Of a DNA stretch of 20,000 nucleotides, positions 1-7,640 are shown in pieces. The translations under genes and the position numbers were made by a program. Each line of letters begins with the position of its first letter. Positions within the stretch are counted from its first letter, which is position 1. The notes below the pieces were generated by a model, which was not told the DNA's origin, did not search any database, and saw only the letters and a list, made by a program, of their open reading frames with translations. Source of the stretch: an uncultured virus (IMG/VR IMGVR_UViG_3300045125_000080) (Duplodnaviria > Heunggongvirae > Uroviricota > Caudoviricetes). Where the stretch lies: the IMG/VR virus record IMGVR_UViG_3300045125_000080; one strand, given 5' to 3'.

Positions 1-58
1 CTTTAGAATCTGCTTCCATAATATCTATAAGTATTTCTTTTTGTTTTTCTTTGTTCAT
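1..58 (-). CDS. Small phage hypothetical protein, N-terminal part only (MNKEKQKEILIDIMEADSK..., runs off window)
   Basis: ATG at 58 sits in a degenerate junction repeat (AAATAGAAAAGTTATG); frame open to the window edge; translated by hand. Confidence 0.55.
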   Translation of the reverse strand, partial: MNKEKQKEILIDIMEADSK

Positions 59-95
59 AACTTTTCTATTTAAATTGGTTACAAATTATAACCAG

Positions 96-179
96 TTATT
101 TAATAAATAAATCACAAAATAAAATATAAGCATATAATAAACAAAATAATAATAATACAAAAAGCATTAACATTCTCAT
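96..179 (-). CDS. 27-aa hydrophobic micro-protein (MRMLMLFVLLLFCLLYAYILFCDLFIK)
   Basis: ATG overlaps the upstream stop (ATGA) within the junction repeat; one TM-like stretch. Confidence 0.4.
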   Translation of the reverse strand: MRMLMLFVLLLFCLLYAYILFCDLFIK

Positions 180-388
180 AGCTTTTCTATTTCTTGTTTA
201 TCAAAATAATATAAGTTTAATTCATTCTGACAATGATATAAGTAATCTGCGTGCATCTCATCTGCAACAACTAAACCATTTATTCCCACATCAACGCATA
301 CAGGACATTTACAAGACGCCTCTGTTCTAAAAACTCTTTGCTCTATCCTATCAATAAACCATTGTACATTATGCTTTTCGTGTTTCAC
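176..388 (-). CDS. 70-aa phage hypothetical protein with CxCxxC motif, ending KQEIEKL
   Basis: Part of track ORF 176..460; likely true start is GTG at 388 inside the junction repeat (GTGA overlap). Confidence 0.7.
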   Translation of the reverse strand: MKHEKHNVQWFIDRIEQRVFRTEASCKCPVCVDVGINGLVVADEMHADYLYHCQNELNLYYFDKQEIEKL

Positions 389-395
389 AGCTTTT

Positions 396-527
396 CTATT
401 TCTTGTTAAAAATATTTCTCCAATAGAATCGTTCATAGTTTCTATAAAACTCAATACCACATATAGTGTACAGAAAAAACTCTTTAATCCTATACATACT
501 TACATTTATGTATTCTAATAATCTCAT
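396..527 (-). CDS. ~43-aa phage hypothetical protein (MRLLEYINVSMYRIKEFF...)
   Basis: ATG at 527 in the junction repeat; ends NKK* as read, or KQEIEKL* at 385 if one base is missing. Confidence 0.55.
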   Translation of the reverse strand: MRLLEYINVSMYRIKEFFLYTICGIEFYRNYERFYWRNIFNKK

Positions 528-546
528 AGCTTTTCTATTTCTTGTT

Positions 547-744
547 TTACTTCTTTGAAGCACATTTATCACAATAATCAATTCCTTTATTTGTATCATT
601 GCCATCCCAATAACAGTGCATCGCTTTTTTACACTCTGGACATCTATACATTGGTTTTGATTTTGTAACTGTATTCCATACTGATTTCCAAAATGATGGG
701 CAATCAAATAGTTTGTGTTTCCATTTTTTTATAGAGTTTTTCAT
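547..744 (-). CDS. 65-aa Cys-rich putative Zn-binding phage protein (CPEC...YCDKC)
   Basis: ATG at 744 in the junction repeat; two CxxC pairs. Confidence 0.65.
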   Translation of the reverse strand: MKNSIKKWKHKLFDCPSFWKSVWNTVTKSKPMYRCPECKKAMHCYWDGNDTNKGIDYCDKCASKK

Positions 745-2185
745 AGCTTTTCTATTTCGTTTATTGCGTTTAGGACTTGACTTGTTGTGTATTTTGCGCA
801 AGGGGGAAGTTCTGAGTCAATATAACAAGGCTCACTTTCCACACCAATTTGCTCGATGCCAACAAAATGGTTTCATACAGATTGGGTTGTTAATGGAATG
901 ATTTGTAAGGATAACTTTGTCGGATAGGTCAGGATGCACCACTTCTGGGTTCGTATTGCCAAAGAAAAGTATTGACGGCACACCAAATGCTGATGCTACG
1001 TGGCTCACGCCTGAATCAATGCCTATAAATAGGTCAGCACTTCCCACTACATAACAAAGAAAGTTTTCGTTTTGTGTATTAATGTAAATAGCGTTCTTTA
1101 TTAAGCGGTACGTTTCTTTTCCTACCTGAAATACCGAATACCCTTTTGCTTGCAGGCTCGCTACCACATTTTCCCAGTCCACCCCAAATACTCCTCTACC
1201 AGACTGTCTAATGCCCTCTAAGTGTATAATACAGCGTCTTTTGAAAAAGCCTTGTACTCTCAATAATATCGAAAACCTACAGATAGTTTAGGATTTTTCA
1301 TTTCTCCATCCTTAATACCGCAGAACTGATAATAAGTTAGTAGTCTATTCTGTTTAGGAACAGACTCGTAGGCCATATCTAGGTTATGATAAATGGCATT
1401 ATGCAGTATTCTTCTGTTTATTGTTTTATAAAATGTACCGGGAAGTCGTGATTAACGAAAAGCATATAAAACTGCTCAAGCGTATCTAAGACAACCCTAT
1501 AACCCTTTATTATGAAAATATCTTAAAACAGGTTCAACTAAAATAACATCACCCATTGACGCCATTCTTTTAATTACAACAGTTTGCTGATACGGCTTAT
1601 GAAATTTTCCGTGAAATCCAAATGTATCGTAAATAGGCGCTCTAAGTTCGTAAGACAAACCTATCTGCTAAATCCTCTGGGGCGTATGTTATTTTATAAA
1701 ACTTTATTAAGGTAATCTCTATAAAGCCTGCCAATTGCTTGGTCTTCCGGATCGTGTAGCAACAATAAAATCATCAAGTAGTAAGTGCTGATTGAAGTTT
1801 TTTAGACCTAATGGAAAATCCTCCATTACCGACATTTTTGCCATCTGGATAAGTCCAAGGACGCTCCTATGTAATCGTAATGCAAAATTCTGGCAGCCAC
1901 GACTTCCCGTTCAGCACATACCCATCTGCTTGAATAACTAATACAAAGTCTGTATCAAAATACTTGTATAGCTCTTTAATCATAAAGTGAGCTGTACTCT
2001 TCCTTTGACCTAATAGTAGGAATATTTACTACCTCAATTCCCTCAAATTCAAAAGGCTTGTCTGTAATAAACTTAACGGCAGCAAAGTCACATTCAGCCA
2101 TACTCTTTCGTATAGCTGCTACTGCTTCTCCGTGATTTACGCAGTCTACGCAGATAAGAGTTACATTACTTAGACTTGTTTTCAT
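741..2185 (-). CDS. DUF5672-like domain fused to a GT9 (heptosyltransferase-like) glycosyltransferase; several indel frameshifts
   Basis: Joined frames give VTLICVDC...VLVIQADGYVLNG...YDYIGA.W...VGNGGFSIRSKK (DUF5672-like), then KRMASMGDVILVEPVL and ADLFIGIDSGVSHVASAFGVPSILFFG (GT9 motifs); ends ...NAINEIEKL* at 741. Confidence 0.8.
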
Positions 2186-2291
2186 TCCAAGTTTTCTTGA
2201 GTCTTTTGTATACTTTTTTCATTGTGTCGGGGGAAGACGCGGTGATGATTTGAGCCAACTTACGTAGCTTCTTTGCTCTTGTTTTTCTCAT
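2166..2291 (-). CDS. 41-aa basic micro-protein (MRKTRAKKLRKLAQII...)
   Basis: ATG overlaps the stop of 2288..2506; fills the gap to the GT9 gene. Confidence 0.55.
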   Translation of the reverse strand: MRKTRAKKLRKLAQIITASSPDTMKKVYKRLKKTWNENKSK

Positions 2292-2506
2292 TGTCTCCAA
2301 TTTATAGGTACTTGAATATTTTCTCCATTCATTTTGTTTGGATAAACTCTTATCTCATCATCGTAAAAATTGCGGACAGAACCATCTTCATAAAATACAA
2401 CCTTCCAAACTGTATTTACATCTGGGCCGTAATCTATCCACGCTATAGCCTTACCATAACCAAGTGGGGTATGAACGTCTATTCCTGCTTTTAATTCGTG
2501 TATCAT
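2288..2506 (-). CDS. 72-aa phage hypothetical protein
   Basis: Intact ORF with ATGA coupling at both ends. Confidence 0.75.
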   Translation of the reverse strand: MIHELKAGIDVHTPLGYGKAIAWIDYGPDVNTVWKVVFYEDGSVRNFYDDEIRVYPNKMNGENIQVPINWRQ

Positions 2507-3295
2507 TGTGTATTCAGTTTACCAAAGTAATAGTCAAGACTTCCCTGATGATAAAAATCATACCCATTCGGCCCTACTGGTATGCAGTTGGGAAGTTGTG
2601 GGCATATCTCCAAGATACGAGGAACTTTCAAAGCTTCGGCTATCTGATAGCAAAAACTTTGATTGCCAAGAAAGAATTTACACCCCTTAATCCATTGAGC
2701 CAGTTCATAAAAGTCATCAACCTGAAGTAACTCAAGGTCAAGATCCCACGTCTTGCAAAAGAGGTCTCTTTCTGATTGAAGTCCTGCAAAGACAATATTT
2801 TCCTGATGGGCCTTTAAAAGAAGTAATTGGTTAGATAGTTTCTGTACCGCTGGGTAAAGTTGATTATGATTTTATTATTCTCTCTTGCCTTGACATCTAA
2901 ATAGGGAACAGATAGGTCTGATGCCATTTGAGGGAAGACGTAGTTAAACCACCTATTGAGGCTTCCTCTTGGTTGATTGGTATATCTTTCTTGACGTATT
3001 AAGTCAAAGTCTATATCTACTTCTTCCCCCTTGAATACTAAAAGTCTTCTATGTAGTCTTGGGAAGATATGAGCCTGCGTAAATTATCAAACATATACTG
3101 CGACATACAGATAGGCTCGTCATATTCATTCTTAAACGGATGGATGCTGTCGGGAGTTCCCGCACCCTGCATACCTATCCTCTGGTAAACGATTCCCTTG
3201 CGTCCCGTATCTTCCCACAACTTCCTAATACCAGCCAAAAAGCTAATCAGGTCTCCAGAAGGGGAAGAAGTCTTATATTTTAAAGGATTTTGCAT
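2503..3295 (-). CDS. Second GT-B/GT9-like glycosyltransferase; frameshifted
   Basis: N-terminal SGDLISFL; C-terminal ELAQWIKGCKFFLGNQSFCYQIAEALKVPRILE resembles the GT9 'FIGxDSG..H.A.AL..P' region; TGA at 2503-2505. Confidence 0.65.
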
Positions 3296-3359
3296 ATCTT
3301 TGATACGATATTTTCGCAGCGTTTGCGAAGAGTTTTCTTCACAGCTAAATTGTTAAACA

Positions 3360-3621
3360 ATGCCTAATTTGTTTTTGGTGCAGGTTTACGGAATTGATGC
3401 TCCCGGTGGTTCTACTGAAATCTGCTGCCGCTGGTGGACAAGCAAATCTTTTTGCTTCTCAAAGCCCAATCCACGTTTACCCCACTACTCAGACACGTGG
3501 CGTAGCTCAAGTACAATGTAACGCTGTCATCGAAGTGCTTCCTCAAGGATTGAATCAAATCTCTACGAAGTACTTTACCGACAGAACTGTTGCTCAAGTA
3601 CAAGCTTTGGCTAACGCGTAA
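3360..3621 (+). CDS. ~87-aa Ala/Gln/Val-rich protein, monocistronic, possibly virion-associated; one frameshift near 3420
   Basis: MPNLFLVQVYGIDAPGGSTE joins the track ORF ending ...TDRTVAQVQALANA; own terminator follows. Confidence 0.6.
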
Positions 3622-3644
3622 TCGAATTTTCTCGATTAAAGAAG

Positions 3645-3671
3645 TCCGATCCATAGTGGTCGGATTTTTTT
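3645..3671 (+). terminator. Intrinsic terminator
   Basis: TCCGA(T)CCA-TAG-TGGTCGGA stem then T7, between convergent genes. Confidence 0.75.
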
Positions 3672-3825
3672 ATGCCAATTTGTTTCTGAGTTCTTCCAGC
3701 TCATTTTTAAGCTGGTCTAAGGATTGTTCCACGTGAAGCTTTAAGGCAGCCAATATCTTAACTTGGTCTACCACGTCAGACTTGGAAAGTTCCTTGATAA
3801 TCTTTTCAATGTTTGCTTTTGCCAT
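3670..3825 (-). CDS. 51-aa coiled-coil-like protein (MAKANIEKIIKELSKS...)
   Basis: Intact ORF translated by hand; ATG overlaps the stop of the HTH gene (TAATG). Confidence 0.65.
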   Translation of the reverse strand: MAKANIEKIIKELSKSDVVDQVKILAALKLHVEQSLDQLKNELEELRNKLA

Positions 3826-4040
3826 TAATCAATGTATTTGTTTGTGATAAAATAGGATACGAGCTGTGTGGTGTTCTTGCAATTAAACTTTGCCCTTACA
3901 AGTTGTAGCTTGTAGGCAAATGTATTTTTGTTAAGACCGACCTTTTCAGCTACCCCTTTTGCTTTCTCGCCGCTCGCCAAGAGGCGAACCCAAAGGATTT
4001 CTTCCTCTGTCGGAATGGGCGGTGTGTAGTTTTCTTCCAT
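3825..4040 (-). CDS. LuxR/GerE-type HTH DNA-binding protein
   Basis: LLASGEKAKGVAEKVGLNKNTFAYKLQLVRAKFNCKNTTQLV fits the LuxR C-terminal pattern. Confidence 0.8.
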   Translation of the reverse strand: MEENYTPPIPTEEEILWVRLLASGEKAKGVAEKVGLNKNTFAYKLQLVRAKFNCKNTTQLVSYFITNKYID

Positions 4041-4044
4041 ACTG

Positions 4045-4076
4045 CAAAGATAGGCGCTATAAAAGAAATTTACAAA
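4045..4076 (-). promoter_or_regulatory. Bacteroidota sigmaA-type promoter for the HTH gene, near-leaderless
   Basis: TTTG(4076-4073)-N20-TATCTTTG(4052-4045); ATG 4 nt downstream. Confidence 0.75.
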
Positions 4077-4091
4077 AAAATTTATATTTTA

Positions 4092-4122
4092 TTTGGTAGT
4101 CCAATTTTTATCTATATTTTTG
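4092..4122 (+). promoter_or_regulatory. Bacteroidota sigmaA-type promoter for the nuclease/heptose operon
   Basis: TTTG(4092-4095)-N19-TATTTTTG(4115-4122). Confidence 0.75.
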
Positions 4123-4163
4123 TTTAGAAATTATTTGAATAGGATAAATGATTAATTTACGGT

Positions 4164-4656
4164 ATGGGTATTGAACAGATAAGAGAATTAAAGAAACAGG
4201 CAGGACTTCCCAAGACGCCTAAAAAATATACTATCCCCAAGAAGTCAAAGAAGAAACTTAAAGAAGAAAAGGAAGAAAGAAAAGAAAGAGCAGGTGATGA
4301 TACACAGCTTGTAAAATGGTACAAGCATTGTCAAAGAGAAATGAGTGGTAATTGTTCAGAGTGTGGAAAGCCGACCAATACTAAAGTATACGAGTTGGCC
4401 ATTCATTCTATTTGCCACTTATTAGCAAAAAGAAAAACAGTAGCTCCAAGTGTAGCGTGTCACGCTCATTAACTGGATAGAGCTGTGTCCTGATTGTCAC
4501 TATAAGTTTGATAATAGTGCGTGGGAAGATATAGCGAAGTGGGGATGCTGGCCGGAGATACAAGATAGATTGATTCAGGTTTATCCAGCGATTGCAGAGG
4601 ATGAGCTTCGTCACTTCCCCGACATCGTACTAAACTATATGAATGAAAACTCTTGA
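4164..4656 (+). CDS. HNH/NinG-like Zn-binding nuclease; frameshift near 4465
   Basis: CSECG...ICHLLAK...NWIELCPDCHYKFD pattern; Lys-rich N-terminus. Confidence 0.7.
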
Positions 4657-4738
4657 CATTATAGCAACGATAGTCGGCATTATCTTTTTATATTTGGTAT
4701 ATAAAGCATTTGTTTATTCATTCTTTGATGATAAATAA
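4643..4738 (+). CDS. 31-aa single-TM micro-protein (MKTLDIIATIVGIIFLYLVYKAFVYSFFDDK)
   Basis: Intact ORF filling the gap; hydrophobic core. Confidence 0.5.
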   Translation: MKTLDIIATIVGIIFLYLVYKAFVYSFFDDK

Positions 4739-4740
4739 TT

Positions 4741-5141
4741 ATGATACGAAAAAACTGGTCTGGGTAAATGGATGCTTTGATATACTGCATCCGGGCCACT
4801 TTGAACTTTTTAGATTTGCCTCTGAACTTGGCAGTCTACACGTTGGAATAGACGCTGACGTGCGAATTAGAAAGATGAAGGGGCCGGGCCGACCAGTTAA
4901 TGACGAAGGGTTTAGAGCCGATATGCTATCTTCCCTGACATTCGTAGAAAAAGTTTACATCTTTGAAACAGATCAGGATTTAAGAGCAATAACCAAAAGA
5001 CTCAAGCCTGATATAATGGTTATAGGTGAAGAATATAAAGACAAGACTATTATAGGAGCAGAAAATGTAAAAGAGATTATATTCTTTAAAAAGACATTAG
5101 ACTCTACAACTGAAATTATTAATAAGATTAAGAATGGATAA
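4741..5141 (+). CDS. rfaE2: RfaE domain II-like heptose-1-phosphate nucleotidyltransferase (cytidylyltransferase superfamily)
   Basis: NGCFDILHPGH (HxGH), KGPGRPVN, C-terminal STTEII; start likely ATG 4741 with an indel shortly after. Confidence 0.85.
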
Positions 5142-5499
5142 AAAGCCTATTTGCACAGACGGTTGCCATATACAAAAAGGCTGGGGCAAAGAAATCGTTA
5201 TCATAAACAACGAGCTTTATTGTGGTAAGATTCTTGTATTTAAGTCTGGCTATCAATTTTCGATGCACTTCCATATTATCAAACAAGAAACGTGGTATGT
5301 AAATAAAGGCAAGTTTCAATTTAGATGGATTAATACCGAAGATGCAAGCATACATTCTATGGAATTGAATGTCGGGGAAGTCGTGACTATCCCTCGCGGT
5401 ATGCCACATCAATTAGAAGCACTTGAAGATGGAGAAATATTTGAAATATCAACACAACACTTTGATTCAGACTCGTACCGCGTATGGAAAGGAAATTAA
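5134..5499 (+). CDS. Cupin-fold sugar isomerase/epimerase-like protein
   Basis: KGWGKE...SMHFHIIKQETWYV...IPRGMPHQL...EISTQH. Confidence 0.8.
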   Translation: MDKKPICTDGCHIQKGWGKEIVIINNELYCGKILVFKSGYQFSMHFHIIKQETWYVNKGKFQFRWINTEDASIHSMELNVGEVVTIPRGMPHQLEALEDGEIFEISTQHFDSDSYRVWKGN

Positions 5500-5675
5500 C
5501 CCCTAGCTTAAAGGCTAAAGACCTTACAGTAAGAGAACACATAGCAATTAACCTGTTGCCTATGATGCTTGCTACTGCTTCAGACCTTGATGATCCAAAG
5601 GATGTCTGTGATGAGGCTATATCTATTGCTAACCTTTTAATTGAGAGGCTAAATGATGAAGAAAATATACGTTGA
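5484..5675 (+). CDS. 63-aa phage hypothetical protein
   Basis: Intact ORF overlapping both neighbours. Confidence 0.6.
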   Translation: MERKLTPSLKAKDLTVREHIAINLLPMMLATASDLDDPKDVCDEAISIANLLIERLNDEENIR

Positions 5676-5946
5676 TATTGACGGGACTATTTGTAATACT
5701 GTTGAGGGAAAATATGAGGATAGCACCCCTATTCAGGAACACATAGATAAAATTAATAATATGTATGACGCTGGTTGTTACATAGTTTACTATACAGCCA
5801 GAGGTCAGCGTAGCGGTAAAGACTATTGGATGCTTACAAACGACCAGCTTGAAAAATGGGGTTGTAAGTTTCATAAGCTTAATATGGGTAAGCCTGATTA
5901 TGATTTAATGATTTGTGATAAAACTAAACGCATCGAAGAAATATGA
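5653..5946 (+). CDS. Small HAD-superfamily phosphatase (capsule-biosynthesis-phosphatase-like)
   Basis: DIDGT motif I, YYTARG motif II, KP..D..ICDK. Confidence 0.85.
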   Translation: MMKKIYVDIDGTICNTVEGKYEDSTPIQEHIDKINNMYDAGCYIVYYTARGQRSGKDYWMLTNDQLEKWGCKFHKLNMGKPDYDLMICDKTKRIEEI

Positions 5947-6692
5947 ACTTCTTAATTATTGGGGAAAAATGTAAAGATGTATTTGTGTACGGGGAAGTCA
6001 CAAGGCTCAGTCCTGAAGCTCCTGTGCCTGTATTCAATCCTACTCGTAAAGTGGAAAATTTAGGAATGGCTGCCAATGTTTATAATAACTTATTTAATCT
6101 TATAGAAAAGAAAGCATCTTTAATCGGTCATTTTTCCAATGATAATATCATAAAAACAAGATACGTTGACGATAAGTCAAACCATTACTTTTTACGCATA
6201 GACGAAAACGACAAAACAGAGAGTATCAGGATTTCCCCCAACCTAACAAAAGTCATCCATAGTTCAGATTGCATTATTATATCAGACTACGATAAAGGTT
6301 TTATATCACTAAACGATATTTGGTCAATTTGCCAAGAAGCAAAAGAAAGTGCAGTAATTTTCTTAGACACAAAGAAGAAGTTAACACCTGTCATCTTTGA
6401 TCAGGTTGATTTCGTAAAATTCAACGAATCAGAATACAATCTCAATATTAAAAATTCAGAAGAATTTTCAAATAAGATAATAGTAACGAAAGGAGGAAAT
6501 GGAGCATACTACGATGGCGAGGACTTCCCCAGCGAGAAGAAATTAACCATTGATGTATCAGGAGCAGGAGATACGTTTTTAGCCGCATTAGCTTTCTATT
6601 TTATGACTTCCCGCGACATAAAAATAGCCATCCAAGAAGCCAATAAAGCAGCTTGCAAAGTAGTATCAGAAAGAGGAGTTTCGGTTATCTAA
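5943..6692 (+). CDS. rfaE1: RfaE domain I-like PfkB-family heptose-7-phosphate kinase
   Basis: RLSPEAPVPV, GMAANV, ISDYDKG, DVSGAGDTFLA. Confidence 0.9.
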   Translation: MNFLIIGEKCKDVFVYGEVTRLSPEAPVPVFNPTRKVENLGMAANVYNNLFNLIEKKASLIGHFSNDNIIKTRYVDDKSNHYFLRIDENDKTESIRISPNLTKVIHSSDCIIISDYDKGFISLNDIWSICQEAKESAVIFLDTKKKLTPVIFDQVDFVKFNESEYNLNIKNSEEFSNKIIVTKGGNGAYYDGEDFPSEKKLTIDVSGAGDTFLAALAFYFMTSRDIKIAIQEANKAACKVVSERGVSVI

Positions 6693-6700
6693 AAAATTTT

Positions 6701-6732
6701 TTTGGAAATAGAAAATTGGCGATGTATATTCG
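6701..6732 (+). promoter_or_regulatory. Bacteroidota-type promoter for the replication operon
   Basis: TTTG(6701-6704)-N20-TATATTCG(6725-6732); shares TTTGGAAATAG with the 12571 promoter. Confidence 0.7.
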
Positions 6733-6736
6733 TGTC

Positions 6737-6849
6737 GCTTAATCTGAATTTAATGAAATCAATTAAAAATATATTTCAAAATACTGGCTCGTCCTGTGAC
6801 GTTTCCTTCTCTTCATTGAGTTCGGATTAAGCAGCGTTATAGGCGAGCC
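6737..6849 (+). ncRNA. Structured 5' leader with two long interleaved helices and a 25-codon uORF (6753-6830)
   Basis: 6737-6757 pairs with 6812-6832 (21 bp, 3 G-U); 6786-6801 pairs with 6835-6849 (15 bp, 2 G-U, 1 bulge). Confidence 0.6.
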
Positions 6850-6865
6850 TACTTAATTTTATTTT

Positions 6866-7066
6866 ATGGCAACAATGAACTCTTTATTAATCTCTCCAAG
6901 TAGAGACCAAGCACAAGTTTCCATTTGTGTTAAATTATGTGGTTCTATACTGATAGAATCATCATATAATGAATGTCCTGTTTTTATTGAAATAGAAGCC
7001 GAAGATTGGGATTCAGTTAAAAAATTCATTGATTCAGAACTTAAAAAATTGAACGAAAATGGCTAA
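6866..7066 (+). CDS. 66-aa phage hypothetical protein
   Basis: Intact ORF overlapping the initiator start. Confidence 0.65.
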   Translation: MATMNSLLISPSRDQAQVSICVKLCGSILIESSYNECPVFIEIEAEDWDSVKKFIDSELKKLNENG

Positions 7067-7631
7067 AGATCCCGCATTTCTTTTTTATCCCAATGATTGG
7101 CTTGGAGGCACTCTTGGGATGACTTTAGAGCAAAAAGGAGCTTACATAGAGCTTCTTATGCTTCAATTTAATAGAGGTCATATGACCAAAGATATGATAG
7201 GTCACGTGTTAGGTCAAGAGGGTGGTCGAATTTTTGGTCAAATTAAGAACAAATTCCAAATTGATGAAAATGGCGATTATTTTAATGCCCGACTTGAAGA
7301 GGAACAAAACAAACGTAAGTCATTCGTACTCAGTAGGAAAAACAACAAAGAAGGCAAAAATCAATACACAAAAAGAAGGTCATATGAGAGGTCAAATGAC
7401 CTCACATATGGAAAATGAAAATGAAAATAGAAATATAAGTGAATATAGAGTTAGGGTAAGGGGGTATGGGGGAAAGGGGAAGAGAGCTGCTTCGTTTGTT
7501 GACTTGGAAAAAAATCTTGCCTACTTCACGGAGGATGGCACAGTCTTTCAGGAGCTTGGTTCGGAACAACGACAACTCTTGGAAAAAAGGAATTGAAATA
7601 CTACGAAATTTTTGAAGGTGAAATTTTTTAA
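7059..7631 (+). CDS. DUF1376/YdaU-like replication initiator; frameshifts near 7370 and 7590
   Basis: MAKDPAFLFYPNDWLGGT..MTLEQKGAYIELL N-terminus; lies directly before the primase-helicase. Confidence 0.75.
7176..7430 (+). repeat. Iteron-like 12-bp-phased GGTC(A) repeats inside the initiator gene; candidate origin
   Basis: GGTC at 7176, 7200, 7212, 7224, 7236 and at 7378, 7390; palindrome GGTCATATGACC at 7176-7187; GAAAAT repeats at ~7411-7428. Confidence 0.55.
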
Positions 7632-7640
7632 AAACTGAAA

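Larger units (their letters stand above)
56..762 (-). repeat. Five dispersed copies of a ~16-23 bp gene-junction repeat, consensus AACAAGAAATAGAAAAGCTATGA (minus strand)
   Basis: Copies at ~56-71, 176-198, 385-407, 524-546, 741-762, each containing the next gene's start codon. Confidence 0.9.

Noticed and set aside
56..762. CRISPR array
   Set aside because: Intervals are 121-217 bp, unequal and protein-coding; the repeat is non-palindromic and carries start/stop codons; no cas genes seen.
3030..3045. Stop-codon reassignment (TAG at 3038-3040 interrupting the GT gene)
   Set aside because: The protein continues in a different frame (..VFKGEEVDIDF), and other breaks are also frame changes rather than in-frame stops.
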